From Alphaproteobacteria bacterium (lineage in GTDB: Bacteria > Pseudomonadota > Alphaproteobacteria > SP197): a DNA stretch of 64,000 bases. The translations under genes were made by a program, and so were the position numbers. This document shows, piece after piece, positions 46,555 through 55,463 of this stretch; the stretch's first letter is position 1; every line of letters begins with the position of its first letter. The DNA lies in assembly GCA_964291415.2 (NCBI GenBank), contig OZ219918.1, forward strand, positions 1,024,001 through 1,088,000, given 5' to 3'. A model generated the notes under the pieces. It ran no database searches. It was not told the DNA's origin and saw nothing but the letters and a program-made list of their open reading frames with translations.

Positions 46555-47424
46555 TCAGGCGGGATGCGCGAAATGTTCTTCGATCCAGTCGACGAAAGTC
46601 CGCGCCGCGGGAGTCTCTTCATGTGTGGCCGGAGGCAGGAGGAAATAGCCTTCGGGCATTGCCACACTGTGATCGTACGGACGTTCAAGCCGGCCTTCCG
46701 CGAGCAGCCCGGTCGCCAGCATGTCATGGGCCATCGAGAGGCCGCCGGCGTTCAGGGCTGCGGTCATTGCGACCACGTAGGTTGAAGCGAGATTGACGCT
46801 CCTTTCCGGCGGCAGGGCATGTCCCTGGTCCGCGAGCCATGCGTTCCAGTTCGTCGTCACGCCCGTGCAATCGAAAAGCGGCGCCGTTTCCCACTCGCGG
46901 AACGCCGGTCTCGCGTGTGGCGCACAGACCGGATAGGCCCTTTCCGCCGCGAGCGGCCTCGTAGGCTGCGGCATCAGCGCAGGACGTCCGAAACGGATTT
47001 CAACTTCTGCCACGCCCTCCGCGTTCTGGGGATCCCAGATCGGCGTCGTCAGGTTGAGCGTCAGCCAGGGGTGGGCCTCAAGGAGGGTGCCGAGCCGAGG
47101 TGCGAGCCAGAAGGTCGAGAAGGCAAGGTTGCACCTTACCCTCAACTGCCGCCCGCGATCGCCGGTCAGCGCGCGGGTGCCGGCGGCGAGAACCTCGAAC
47201 GCCTCCTGGACAATGGGGAGGTAGTTCGATCCGCCTTCCGTCAACTGAAGCGCCCGGGTCTTGCGGATGAACAGCGTCAGGCCGACAGCGTCTTCCAGGC
47301 TGCGCACATGCTGGGACACGGCCGACTGGGTGAGGTTCAGTTCAGCCGCGGCCTGCGTGAAGGAAAGATGCCGGGCGGCGGCCTCGAACGCGCGCAGCCA
47401 TGTGAGCGGAGGCAGATTTGTCAT
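46555..47424 (-). CDS. LysR-family regulator, GcvA-like
   Basis: LPPL.WLRAFEAAARHLSFTQAA.EL.LTQSAVSQH. Confidence 0.93.
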   Translation of the reverse strand: MTNLPPLTWLRAFEAAARHLSFTQAAAELNLTQSAVSQHVRSLEDAVGLTLFIRKTRALQLTEGGSNYLPIVQEAFEVLAAGTRALTGDRGRQLRVRCNLAFSTFWLAPRLGTLLEAHPWLTLNLTTPIWDPQNAEGVAEVEIRFGRPALMPQPTRPLAAERAYPVCAPHARPAFREWETAPLFDCTGVTTNWNAWLADQGHALPPERSVNLASTYVVAMTAALNAGGLSMAHDMLATGLLAEGRLERPYDHSVAMPEGYFLLPPATHEETPAARTFVDWIEEHFAHPA

Positions 47425-47453
47425 GGATGGCAAACTCCATGCACAACAGGTGC

Positions 47454-47468
47454 ATAAGCATTCCTAAT
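47454..47468. promoter_or_regulatory. Putative LysR recognition site (T-N11-A)
   Basis: ATAA-gcattcc-TAAT, an AT-rich dyad in the divergent region just upstream of the LysR gene. Confidence 0.55.
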
Positions 47469-47738
47469 GCTAGTGCCGCGAATCCATCGTTTGTCAACAT
47501 CGAACCCTCTGCTCAGGGTTCTCCGGGAGCCCCGACTGCAGGTCGATTGCGATGGATGCTGGACCCCGGGAACCGGAACCGTGGAAAGGTCGCGTCGATC
47601 CAGCCGCCGCCATCCGCCGGACTGCATGTCTCGGCATGCACGGTTCTGCTGCCAACCGCTTCAGCCTGTCGGTGAACCGGGAGGGAACCAGGCGCGTGAC
47701 CGACCCCACGGCCATTCCCGATGAGGAGGGGTTCCGTC

Positions 47739-48785
47739 ATGCCCACTGAGATGAAGAAACCGGGGCCTGCGCCGACCAACGCCGCCTCAAGCGGCGTGAC
47801 GCTTGACAGGAAGACGCTGAAGTCGCTCGCACGGCGCGCCGACGGTCCGGGCCTCGTCTATCTGGCCCAGTGGGGTGCCGGACTGCTCGTCACGGGTTGC
47901 CTCGTTTGGCTCGCCCTCGGCACCTATTGGCTGTGGCCGGCGATGTTCGTCCATGGCGTGCTGTTGACCGTTCCGGTCTATGCGATCAGCCACGAAACGG
48001 CGCACGGCACGGCCTTTCGCAGCACATGGCTCAACGAAACGGTGCTCTGGATCAGTTCGCTGATCTACATGGAGGAGCCGCTGCACCGGCGCTACACCCA
48101 CGCCAACCATCACACCTTCACCTGGCATGTCGGCAAGGACAGCCAGATGCCGTTCGATACACCGATGACGCTTGGCGGCTGGCTGGTTGAAGTCTCCGGG
48201 TTGGGTCTGTTGCGCTTTCACGTGACCGTCCTGGCGCGCCTGGCGAGCGGTCGCTACTCCGACATGATGAGGACGGTGGCTCCGGTCGACGAACTTCGGA
48301 AGATGAGGCGCAATGCCTGGATCTTTCTCGCCCTTTACGCCGCCATCGGCGTGGCGGTGGCGTCGGGAGTCCACGGGCTGCTGTGGTTCCTTGTCCTGCC
48401 ACGTCTCCTGGGAGCGCCGGTCATGCTCCTGTTCACGCTGATCCAGCACGTCGAGATGGGGGAGAACACGCCATCCATTCCGGACAGCACACGGTCCTTC
48501 AGGACCGGCTGGCTGGGCCGGTTCCTCTACATGAACATGAACAATCACGTGGAACATCACCTCTACACGCAGGTGCCGTTCTTCGCGCTGCCGGCCTTGC
48601 GCGACGCGGTGGCCTCGCAGGTTCCCGCTCCGGACCCCGGGTTCTTCCGAACCAACCAGGAGGTGTTCGCGGTCGTCCTGCGCCGGTCACTGGGTCTTTC
48701 GACCAGGTCGCCATCGATCCGCCAGGCGCCGCACATGATCACGACCGGCGGCCCCAGGCGGCATATCGCGCAACGGACCATGTAG
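47739..48785 (+). CDS. Membrane di-iron oxygenase, fatty acid desaturase superfamily (MocD-like)
   Basis: His boxes HETAH, HANHH and HVEHH, plus QH motif and TM helices. Confidence 0.85.
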   Translation: MPTEMKKPGPAPTNAASSGVTLDRKTLKSLARRADGPGLVYLAQWGAGLLVTGCLVWLALGTYWLWPAMFVHGVLLTVPVYAISHETAHGTAFRSTWLNETVLWISSLIYMEEPLHRRYTHANHHTFTWHVGKDSQMPFDTPMTLGGWLVEVSGLGLLRFHVTVLARLASGRYSDMMRTVAPVDELRKMRRNAWIFLALYAAIGVAVASGVHGLLWFLVLPRLLGAPVMLLFTLIQHVEMGENTPSIPDSTRSFRTGWLGRFLYMNMNNHVEHHLYTQVPFFALPALRDAVASQVPAPDPGFFRTNQEVFAVVLRRSLGLSTRSPSIRQAPHMITTGGPRRHIAQRTM

Positions 48786-49624
48786 TGCGCCGGATCTACA
48801 CCTTCGGCGGCCAGCCGGCCACGCGGAACCTGACGGTGGCGGATCTCAGGGCCAACAAGTCTGCGGGCATCAAGATGACGCAGGTCTCGGCGCTGAACGG
48901 CGAAGAGGCGGCGGCCTGCGAGTCGGTGGGCATCGATCTCATCACCATCGCCGACGTCGATATCAGGGAGGTGAGGGCGGCAGCACCAACCACCTTCGTC
49001 ACCGGCAGCCAGACCATGGTGCAGTACGTTACCGAGGATGAAGCGCTCGGCGCCGCAATTCGTTGTGCCGAACAGGGCGCAGACGCGATCTACACGCCGC
49101 GCGGCCTGAAGACTGTCGAGCGGCTGGCCGGCGAAGGGTTGTGTGTCCAGGGCCATCTGGGTCTGGTGCCTCGGCTGTCGACACGCGTGGGCGGGCTGAG
49201 GATCATTGGCAGGACGGCAGACGAAGCCATGCGCCTGTGGGAGGACTTTCGCCGTCTGGAAGAAGCCGGCGCGGTTGCCGCCGAGGTCGAATGCGTTGCC
49301 GTCGAGGCCCTCGTCGAGATCGGCAAGCGCAGCGGCCTCGTGACCCATTCAATCGGCGCCGGCTCCGGCGGCGACATCATCTTTTCGTTCATGGAGGATA
49401 TCTGCGGCGACGTGGAGAACCCGCCGCGCCACGCCAGGGCGTGGGCCGACATGCTCTCATTGCGCCGCGCCATGTCCGCTGAGCGTCTCAAGGGTCTGAC
49501 CGGCTTTCGTGACGAGGTCAGGGCAGGGACGTTTCCGCATGAACCCCATCAAGTCTCCATGAAGGCGGGAGAGCACGAGAAGTTCCGCGAAGCGCTGGAC
49601 ATGTGGCAGCCGGTGCACCGGTGA
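48785..49624 (+). CDS. Divergent PanB-like hydroxymethyltransferase family protein
   Basis: TVADLR..K, GHLGLVP, GGLR..GRTA.EA, LEEAGA...EVECV, SIGAG, F..EV..G.FP; GTG start overlaps the upstream TAG. Confidence 0.78.
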   Translation: MRRIYTFGGQPATRNLTVADLRANKSAGIKMTQVSALNGEEAAACESVGIDLITIADVDIREVRAAAPTTFVTGSQTMVQYVTEDEALGAAIRCAEQGADAIYTPRGLKTVERLAGEGLCVQGHLGLVPRLSTRVGGLRIIGRTADEAMRLWEDFRRLEEAGAVAAEVECVAVEALVEIGKRSGLVTHSIGAGSGGDIIFSFMEDICGDVENPPRHARAWADMLSLRRAMSAERLKGLTGFRDEVRAGTFPHEPHQVSMKAGEHEKFREALDMWQPVHR

Positions 49625-50919
49625 ACGACGCAGCCGACTACACGAAGCCCTTTGCCGCGAAGCCCCGGCCGCTGACGCTGGAACAGGCGGCTTGGATCAC
49701 GCCGCCCGCTCAGGCGACCGATACCGAAGGCATGATCGACGTGCCGCGCATGCGCGCCTGGCGCCGGAACCGCCTGCGCGAGCAGATCGCCGCCCACGGT
49801 CTCGACGCCGTCGTCCTCGTCGAACCATTGGCGATCCGCTACGCCGCCGGCGTACGCAACTGCACGCTGTTTCAGATGCACATCCAGGCGGGCTATCTCT
49901 TCGTGCCCGCCGACGGCCCTGTCATCTACTTCGACAGCCAGCCGGGTCGCGAGACCGGCCGGCAACTCGAGACAATCGACGAAGTTCGCGACGATCTCGT
50001 GCCGCTCTCATACATGTTTTCGGGCTACCGGCAACAGGACATGGCGCGCAAGTGGGCAGAGCAAATGGGTGATCTGATCGCAACGCACTGCGGCAGCGGC
50101 GCCAGGGTCGGGATCGATCGCGCCGGCTTCCACGCGGAACAGGCCCTCGCCGATCAAGGTTTCGCCATGACCGATGCGGCACCGGTTCTGGCCCATGCCC
50201 GCAAGATCAAGTGTCCGGAAGAAGTCCTCGCCATGAACCTCGCCCTGGCGACGGCGGAGGACGGCATGAGCCGAATGCGCGAGGCCTTGCGCAACGGCGT
50301 CTCGGAGCAGGAACTCTGGGCGCTGATGTGGCGTGCGCTGATCGAAAAGGGCGGCGAATGGCTCGACTACCGCCTGCTTGCCTCGGGCGAACGGACCAAT
50401 CCGTGGCAGCAGGAGGCATCGAGCCGGACGATCCGGGCGGGCGATCTTGTCGTGTTCGACTGCGGGCTGGTCGGTCCGTTCAGCTACGGCGCGGACGTCA
50501 GCCGCGCCCTCCGGTGCGGACCGGGGCGGCCGAGCGACTACCAGAAGACACTCTACACGCTCGCCTGGAACGAGGTGATGCACAACACGCGGTTACTACG
50601 GCCCGGAACATCGTTCCGGGACTTCATGGCCGACCGTTTTCTCCAGGAGCCCGGCTTCGGCGACCAGCCCTATCCCTGTGTGGCGCATGGACTGGGCATG
50701 GCCGACGAATGGCCCGTGATTCTCCATTCCCCGGAACACCCGGATCACTACGACGGGGAATTCGAAGCCGGCATGGTGATCTGTGTCGAGAGCTATGTCG
50801 GCGAAGTCGGCGGCCTCGAAGGAGTCAAGCTGGAGGACCAGGTCCTCATCACCGAATCGGGACCGGTCGTGCTGTCGCGCTACCCCTTCGAAGAGACGCT
50901 TCTTCCCCATGAAATCTGA
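49621..50919 (+). CDS. M24 (Xaa-Pro peptidase fold) protein, DddP-like
   Basis: RLLASG.RTNPW.QE, FD.G...Y.AD.SR, HGLG..DEWP, CVESY.G, VKLEDQV. Confidence 0.85.
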   Translation: MNDAADYTKPFAAKPRPLTLEQAAWITPPAQATDTEGMIDVPRMRAWRRNRLREQIAAHGLDAVVLVEPLAIRYAAGVRNCTLFQMHIQAGYLFVPADGPVIYFDSQPGRETGRQLETIDEVRDDLVPLSYMFSGYRQQDMARKWAEQMGDLIATHCGSGARVGIDRAGFHAEQALADQGFAMTDAAPVLAHARKIKCPEEVLAMNLALATAEDGMSRMREALRNGVSEQELWALMWRALIEKGGEWLDYRLLASGERTNPWQQEASSRTIRAGDLVVFDCGLVGPFSYGADVSRALRCGPGRPSDYQKTLYTLAWNEVMHNTRLLRPGTSFRDFMADRFLQEPGFGDQPYPCVAHGLGMADEWPVILHSPEHPDHYDGEFEAGMVICVESYVGEVGGLEGVKLEDQVLITESGPVVLSRYPFEETLLPHEI

Positions 50920-50934
50920 GCGAGGAAACGGGAC

Positions 50935-51243
50935 ATGGGCACATGGATCGAGGTCTGCGCGGCGGGAGACATCGACGAAGAGGATCTCATCCGCTGGGAT
51001 CATGATGGCCGGTCATTCGCGATCTACAACACGCAGAAGGGATTCTTCGCCACCGACGGATACTGCACTCACGAGCAGCAGCACCTCGCGGACGGCCTCG
51101 TTACCGGTACCGTCATCGAATGCCCGCTGCATCAGGGGAGGTTCGACATCGTCACGGGCAAGGCGCTTCGTCCGCCCGTCCGCATCGCCCTGGAGACCTA
51201 TCCCGTCAAGGTCGAAGACGGCATCGTCTTCATCCGGCTCTGA
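50935..51243 (+). CDS. MocE-family Rieske [2Fe-2S] ferredoxin
   Basis: DIDEED.IR.DH.GR.FAIY, CTH...CPLH; GAGG RBS. Confidence 0.9.
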   Translation: MGTWIEVCAAGDIDEEDLIRWDHDGRSFAIYNTQKGFFATDGYCTHEQQHLADGLVTGTVIECPLHQGRFDIVTGKALRPPVRIALETYPVKVEDGIVFIRL

Positions 51244-51280
51244 TAAGGATCCGGCTCCTCGGTCTGCCGGCGATGGTCTC
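51162..51280 (+). repeat. Direct repeat copy 1 (ferredoxin 3' end plus downstream sequence)
   Basis: 51162-51243 matches 53073-53154 at 76 of 82 nt (manual count); similarity continues about 35 nt past the stop. Confidence 0.93.
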
Positions 51281-51471
51281 AAGGCGCGCGGTCTCACGGC
51301 CTCGGTTCCCGGGCTCGACAGCGCGCGCCCGTCGCTCTTGAGCCACCACATTCATCGGGTGCCCGCGGGGCATTTGCGCCCGAAGGGCCTGCCTCGCGGA
51401 AGCGATCAAAGCGACGTCAGTTCCGCGTACAATCGCGATTGCCATTCAAGAAACTCAAGTGGGTGTTCAAG

Positions 51472-51620
51472 ATGAAGCGAGCATTGATCTTTGATCTTGA
51501 TGGAACGTTGCTGACGTCCGAAAAGATCGTGCATTGCGAAACGCTCTCATCCGTGTTGGCCTGCGCGAAACTGGGATTTGTGATCGTCATCGCCACATCC
51601 CGACCTCATCGCGGCTTCCG
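51472..51620 (+). pseudogene. Cof-like HAD hydrolase N-terminal fragment
   Basis: MKRALIFDLDGTLL...IVIATSRP, after which similarity is lost; locally AT-richer. Confidence 0.7.
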
Positions 51621-51924
51621 GCACAAGCATGGCGATGATGGCGCGGGACCACCAAGCAACGCGCCGCGGCACGCGTGTGAACGCCACCGCGACGGCTGAC
51701 AACACCAGCAGAAACGGTTGAAATTCGAGGGGAACTCCCCTAGAGTCGCACTCACGCAGGGCCATGCCCGCGTCTATCAGGGGGAACCCGATGACCACCA
51801 TTCCACGCTACTGTTCCATCACTTGCACCGGCGACACCTTCCTCCTCGATGGGGCGATGGCGAATGAAGGGCACGGACGCGCAGGTCGGGCGAAGTATGC
51901 TCGCATCATGGCACGGAATGTCCC

Positions 51925-52278
51925 GTGAGCCCCGTCGTCTACATCGAAACATCGGTCGTCAGCTATCTGACGGCCTGGCCGTCGCGGGACATGCTCGTCT
52001 CGGCCTATCAGGTGGCGACGCGCGAATGGTGGACCGCGGCGGCGAAGAGGTACGACCTTCTCGCGGCGGCGCTTGTCGACCAGGGTGCAGTGCCGCACCA
52101 CGCCGCCGGCGACGCGGTGCACATCGCCACCGCCGCCTGCCATGCCGTTCACTATCTGGTGAGCTGGAATTTCCGGCACATTGCCAATGCCGCCATGAAC
52201 CCGCACATCGCCCGTGTCTGCCGGCAGGAAGGGTATGAACTGCCGTTCATCTGCACGCCAACTCAACTCATGGAGTAG
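51925..52278 (+). pseudogene. PIN/VapC-like nuclease with an apparent in-frame internal deletion
   Basis: VYIETSVVSYL.A.PSRD...TREWW and DAVHIA.A......YLVSWN.RHIANA...LPFICTP.QL; the central segment usual in this family appears missing. Confidence 0.7.
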
Positions 52279-52282
52279 AACC

Positions 52283-52486
52283 GTGTCGACGCTCAAGGCT
52301 GATTCAGTCATCGCCGAACTGTGGGCGGTACGGGACGCCAACTCGGCCCGTTTCAACCACGACCCTGGCGCCATATGCCGCGATCTTCGATCCCTGGAGG
52401 GGTCCTTCGAACGCGCCGCCACCCACTACGCCTCGCTGGACATCGGTGACGATGTGGACAGCGAGGACCACGGGACCGGCCCGTGA
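52283..52486 (+). CDS. Small partner protein of the PIN gene (putative antitoxin-like)
   Basis: D.VI.EL.AVRD...ARFNHD..AI..DLR pattern typical of ORFs following this PIN subfamily. Confidence 0.5.
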   Translation: MSTLKADSVIAELWAVRDANSARFNHDPGAICRDLRSLEGSFERAATHYASLDIGDDVDSEDHGTGP

Positions 52487-52529
52487 TACCGGCAGCCTCC
52501 GGGGCGGCACCTTCAGGGGAGTCCGCTCC

Positions 52530-53045
52530 ATGACTGACAGGGCCATCTGGACCGCATCAGACCTGCGCTCGGTGGCCATCGCGCTCAACGGCTCGTCCCG
52601 AGGCGCCGTTCCTGCACTGGCGCGATGCCTCAACGTCGACCAGCGTCTGGTTCGCAGGTGGACCAGCGGCAGTATTCCCGTGCCTGCAGAAGTTGTGCAC
52701 AGGATCGAGGCGATCACGGGAGTTTCCACGCCGCCCGAGACAACCTGGCGCCGCGACGAGTGGTTGACCTGCGAAGGTCAGTCAAGGACCGGCGAACAGA
52801 GGCGCAAGTACATCGTTCACACATGGCCGCCACGGTTCCGCTGCCGCGCGGTCGCGGTCGACAGCGATACCGGCCTGCCGCTGAAAGCAGAACAGCCGGC
52901 CGATGTCGACATCGGACTGACCTATGCGGCTTCGCCCGATACTGTGCTCTCCGAATTCGACTGGATCGATCGCCCGCCCTCCGGTGAAGTTCTGGAGCGT
53001 CTTCTTGAAGCCGCCTCGGATGCCATCGACGGCGTGGTCGTCTGA
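52530..53045 (+). CDS. Hypothetical protein with N-terminal HTH-like region
   Basis: GGGGAG RBS; LAR.L.VD.R.VRRW.SG..PVP; C-terminal YIVH..PPRF...F.WID.PP region. Confidence 0.65.
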   Translation: MTDRAIWTASDLRSVAIALNGSSRGAVPALARCLNVDQRLVRRWTSGSIPVPAEVVHRIEAITGVSTPPETTWRRDEWLTCEGQSRTGEQRRKYIVHTWPPRFRCRAVAVDSDTGLPLKAEQPADVDIGLTYAASPDTVLSEFDWIDRPPSGEVLERLLEAASDAIDGVVV

Positions 53046-53072
53046 CAGGCGCCGGTCCGTCAATGCTCACTT

Positions 53073-53187
53073 GGCGCTCCGTCCGCCCGTCCGCGTCGCC
53101 CTGGGCACCTATCCCGTCAAGGTCGAAGACGGAATCGTCTTCATCCGGATCTGAAACGGATCCGGCCAGTCTGCCGGCGACAATCTC
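53073..53187 (+). repeat. Direct repeat copy 2 (orphan ferredoxin C-terminus)
   Basis: Encodes ALRPPVRVALGTYPVKVEDGIVFIRI-stop versus ALRPPVRIALETYPVKVEDGIVFIRL-stop in copy 1. Confidence 0.93.
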
Positions 53188-53387
53188 GGGGTGCCCGAGC
53201 GTGGATGAAGGAGCATCCTTCGGTTCAAGGGGGCGAGGTTGATGGTGCCGATGCGTCTCAGGCAATCGAAGAACGTGTGGCCGTCGAATTCGGATGTCCC
53301 GGAAATCGATTCTCTGGACAGCTCCTGATAGCACATGTCGCGAGCCGGCCAGGAACCGGTTGGGCATACTGGTCGAGGTCGGAGCGG

Positions 53388-55355
53388 TCAGGCGCCGATC
53401 GCCATGCCGGCCTTCAGCCCGTCGAGCACCGCCTCCTCAGCCGTGCGCGGCGAGAGCGCATCGCCAATCACATGCACCTCTCCCGGCCACCCGGCCAGTT
53501 CACCGGCAAGCGCCGCATCGCTCGACGTACCCTGGCACAACACCAGAGTCTCGACCTCGTCGCAGATGATCGGGTCGTCGGTGACCGTATGCTGCAGGTA
53601 GACGGTATCGCGGTCGGCGCCGAACAGCCGGGCGTAGGGGATGATCTCGACGCCAAGCCTGGAAATCTGGCCGATCCAGTGGTCGCGCACCGCTTCCTGG
53701 ATGTTCTGGCCCGGCACCATTCCGGTGACTGCCAGGCGCACGCGGCAGCCGTCCCGCGCCAGCTTCTCGGCCAGACCCAGACCGATCCAGTCGTTCTTCC
53801 AGTCCGCGACCAGCACGGAACCGCCGACATTGGCCTCTCCCCGGATGACCGACCAGGATTCGACCACATGGGCTTCGTCCTCGCCCTCGACCGCGGGCCG
53901 GTAGGGCTGCCCGCCTGTGGCGACGACTGCGGCGTCGGGGCCGGCCTTGCGTATCGTGTCTGCCGTGACAGCAACGCCGAGCGCGACTCGCGCTCCCGCC
54001 AGCTCCATCTCGCGGGCAAGATTGGTCACGATGCCGCCAAATTCGGCGCGTCCGGGAAGTGACTGGGCCAGCAGGGCCTGCCCGCCGAGCCTGCCGGACC
54101 GTTCGTAGAGGGTCACGTCGTGGCCGCGCTCGGCGAGCACCGCGGCGGCCTTCATGCCGGCCGGACCGCCGCCCACGACCCAGACGGTCCGGCGCCGGCG
54201 TGCGGGTGTCTTGACGTGGCCGAACGCGAGTTCGCGACCGGTCTCGGGGTGCTGGATGCAGGAGACGGCGTGATACTGCAACCGATGGCCAATGCACGCC
54301 TGATTGCAGGCAATGCAGCTGCGGATGTCGTCGACTCGTCCGGCCTCGGCTTTCGCGGCGAACGCTGGATCGGCGATCATGCCACGCACCAGGCCGACCA
54401 TGTCGGCCTGGCCGCGGGCGACAATGTCCTCGGCGAGATGGGGCTGGTTGATTCGTCCGGCGACGAGCACCGGAAGCGACAGATGCTGCCTCAGCGCTCC
54501 TGCGCAGGCTGCGACGTGCCCGGGCTCGATCGCCATGGGCGGGACGACATCGACCCAGCCTCGCGCGGTCCGTGTGTTGCCGCCGATGACGTTGACATAG
54601 TCGACGAGGCCCCGGTCCTCCAGGGTCTGGCAGATCTCCAGCACCTCGCCGGACTCCATGGCGCCGGGCGTGGCGTCCGCGTCGCTGATCCTGACACCGA
54701 GTATCGGGTCGCGGCCGATGCTGGCCCGGGCGGCCTCGAGGATCTCGACAAGGAACCGCATGCGATTCTCGAGACTTCCACCGTAGGCGTCGTCGCGCCG
54801 GTTGATCCGGGGATTGAGAAACTGGGCGATCAGATAGCCCATGCTCGCCAGAATCTCGACGCCGTCGAGACCTCCCTCGACGATGTGGCCGGCGGCCCGC
54901 GCATAGGAGTCGGCCAGTTCGGCGAGCAGGGCCGGTGTCGCCGGTGTCGGCATGAGACTGTAGCGTTCGAACGGCACCGCAGACGACGAGATCGCCGGAC
55001 GGCGCGCACCGTCCAGCGTGGCCCTGATGGCTGCCCCCGGGTGAAAGAGCTGACCCAGGATCGCGCAGCCGTGGCCGTGGACGGCGTCTGCCAGGCGCCG
55101 GAAGCCCGGCACGATGCCCGGCTCACCTGCCAGCAGGTACCCGGCGGCGAGATCGAAGCTGGGATGCATCGACATGCCTTCGGCAATGATCATGCCGGCG
55201 CCGCCCCGGGCGCGCGCCTCGTGATAGGCGATGAGGGCGTCCGAGACCCGGCCCCGGTCGCCGAGCGACGTGCCATGGGCCGGAAAGAACAGCCGATTCC
55301 GGATCCGGTGGCCTCGAATCTCGATCGGCTGGAACAGATGCGGGAAGACCGACAT
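53388..55355 (-). CDS. NADH:flavin oxidoreductase (OYE barrel + 4Fe-4S + FAD domain; StcD/DgcA-like)
   Basis: LFQP..I....IRNR, QLFH.G, GYL..QFL.P..N.R.D.YGGSLENR, CIACNQAC, VVGGGPAGM. Confidence 0.9.
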   Translation of the reverse strand: MSVFPHLFQPIEIRGHRIRNRLFFPAHGTSLGDRGRVSDALIAYHEARARGGAGMIIAEGMSMHPSFDLAAGYLLAGEPGIVPGFRRLADAVHGHGCAILGQLFHPGAAIRATLDGARRPAISSSAVPFERYSLMPTPATPALLAELADSYARAAGHIVEGGLDGVEILASMGYLIAQFLNPRINRRDDAYGGSLENRMRFLVEILEAARASIGRDPILGVRISDADATPGAMESGEVLEICQTLEDRGLVDYVNVIGGNTRTARGWVDVVPPMAIEPGHVAACAGALRQHLSLPVLVAGRINQPHLAEDIVARGQADMVGLVRGMIADPAFAAKAEAGRVDDIRSCIACNQACIGHRLQYHAVSCIQHPETGRELAFGHVKTPARRRRTVWVVGGGPAGMKAAAVLAERGHDVTLYERSGRLGGQALLAQSLPGRAEFGGIVTNLAREMELAGARVALGVAVTADTIRKAGPDAAVVATGGQPYRPAVEGEDEAHVVESWSVIRGEANVGGSVLVADWKNDWIGLGLAEKLARDGCRVRLAVTGMVPGQNIQEAVRDHWIGQISRLGVEIIPYARLFGADRDTVYLQHTVTDDPIICDEVETLVLCQGTSSDAALAGELAGWPGEVHVIGDALSPRTAEEAVLDGLKAGMAIGA

Positions 55356-55463
55356 GGCCGATGTCCGTGACGTTCGGGCCGTGAAGTTGACGGAATGAGG
55401 CTTGATGCCACGATCCATGCCTGTTGTACACTCGCCGGTGAACTCGAATCCTGGATGCCCCGC

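Noticed and set aside
53190-53340. Short minus-strand ORF (MCYQELSRES...) after repeat copy 2
   Set aside because: No recognisable motif or RBS; cannot be distinguished from non-coding DNA
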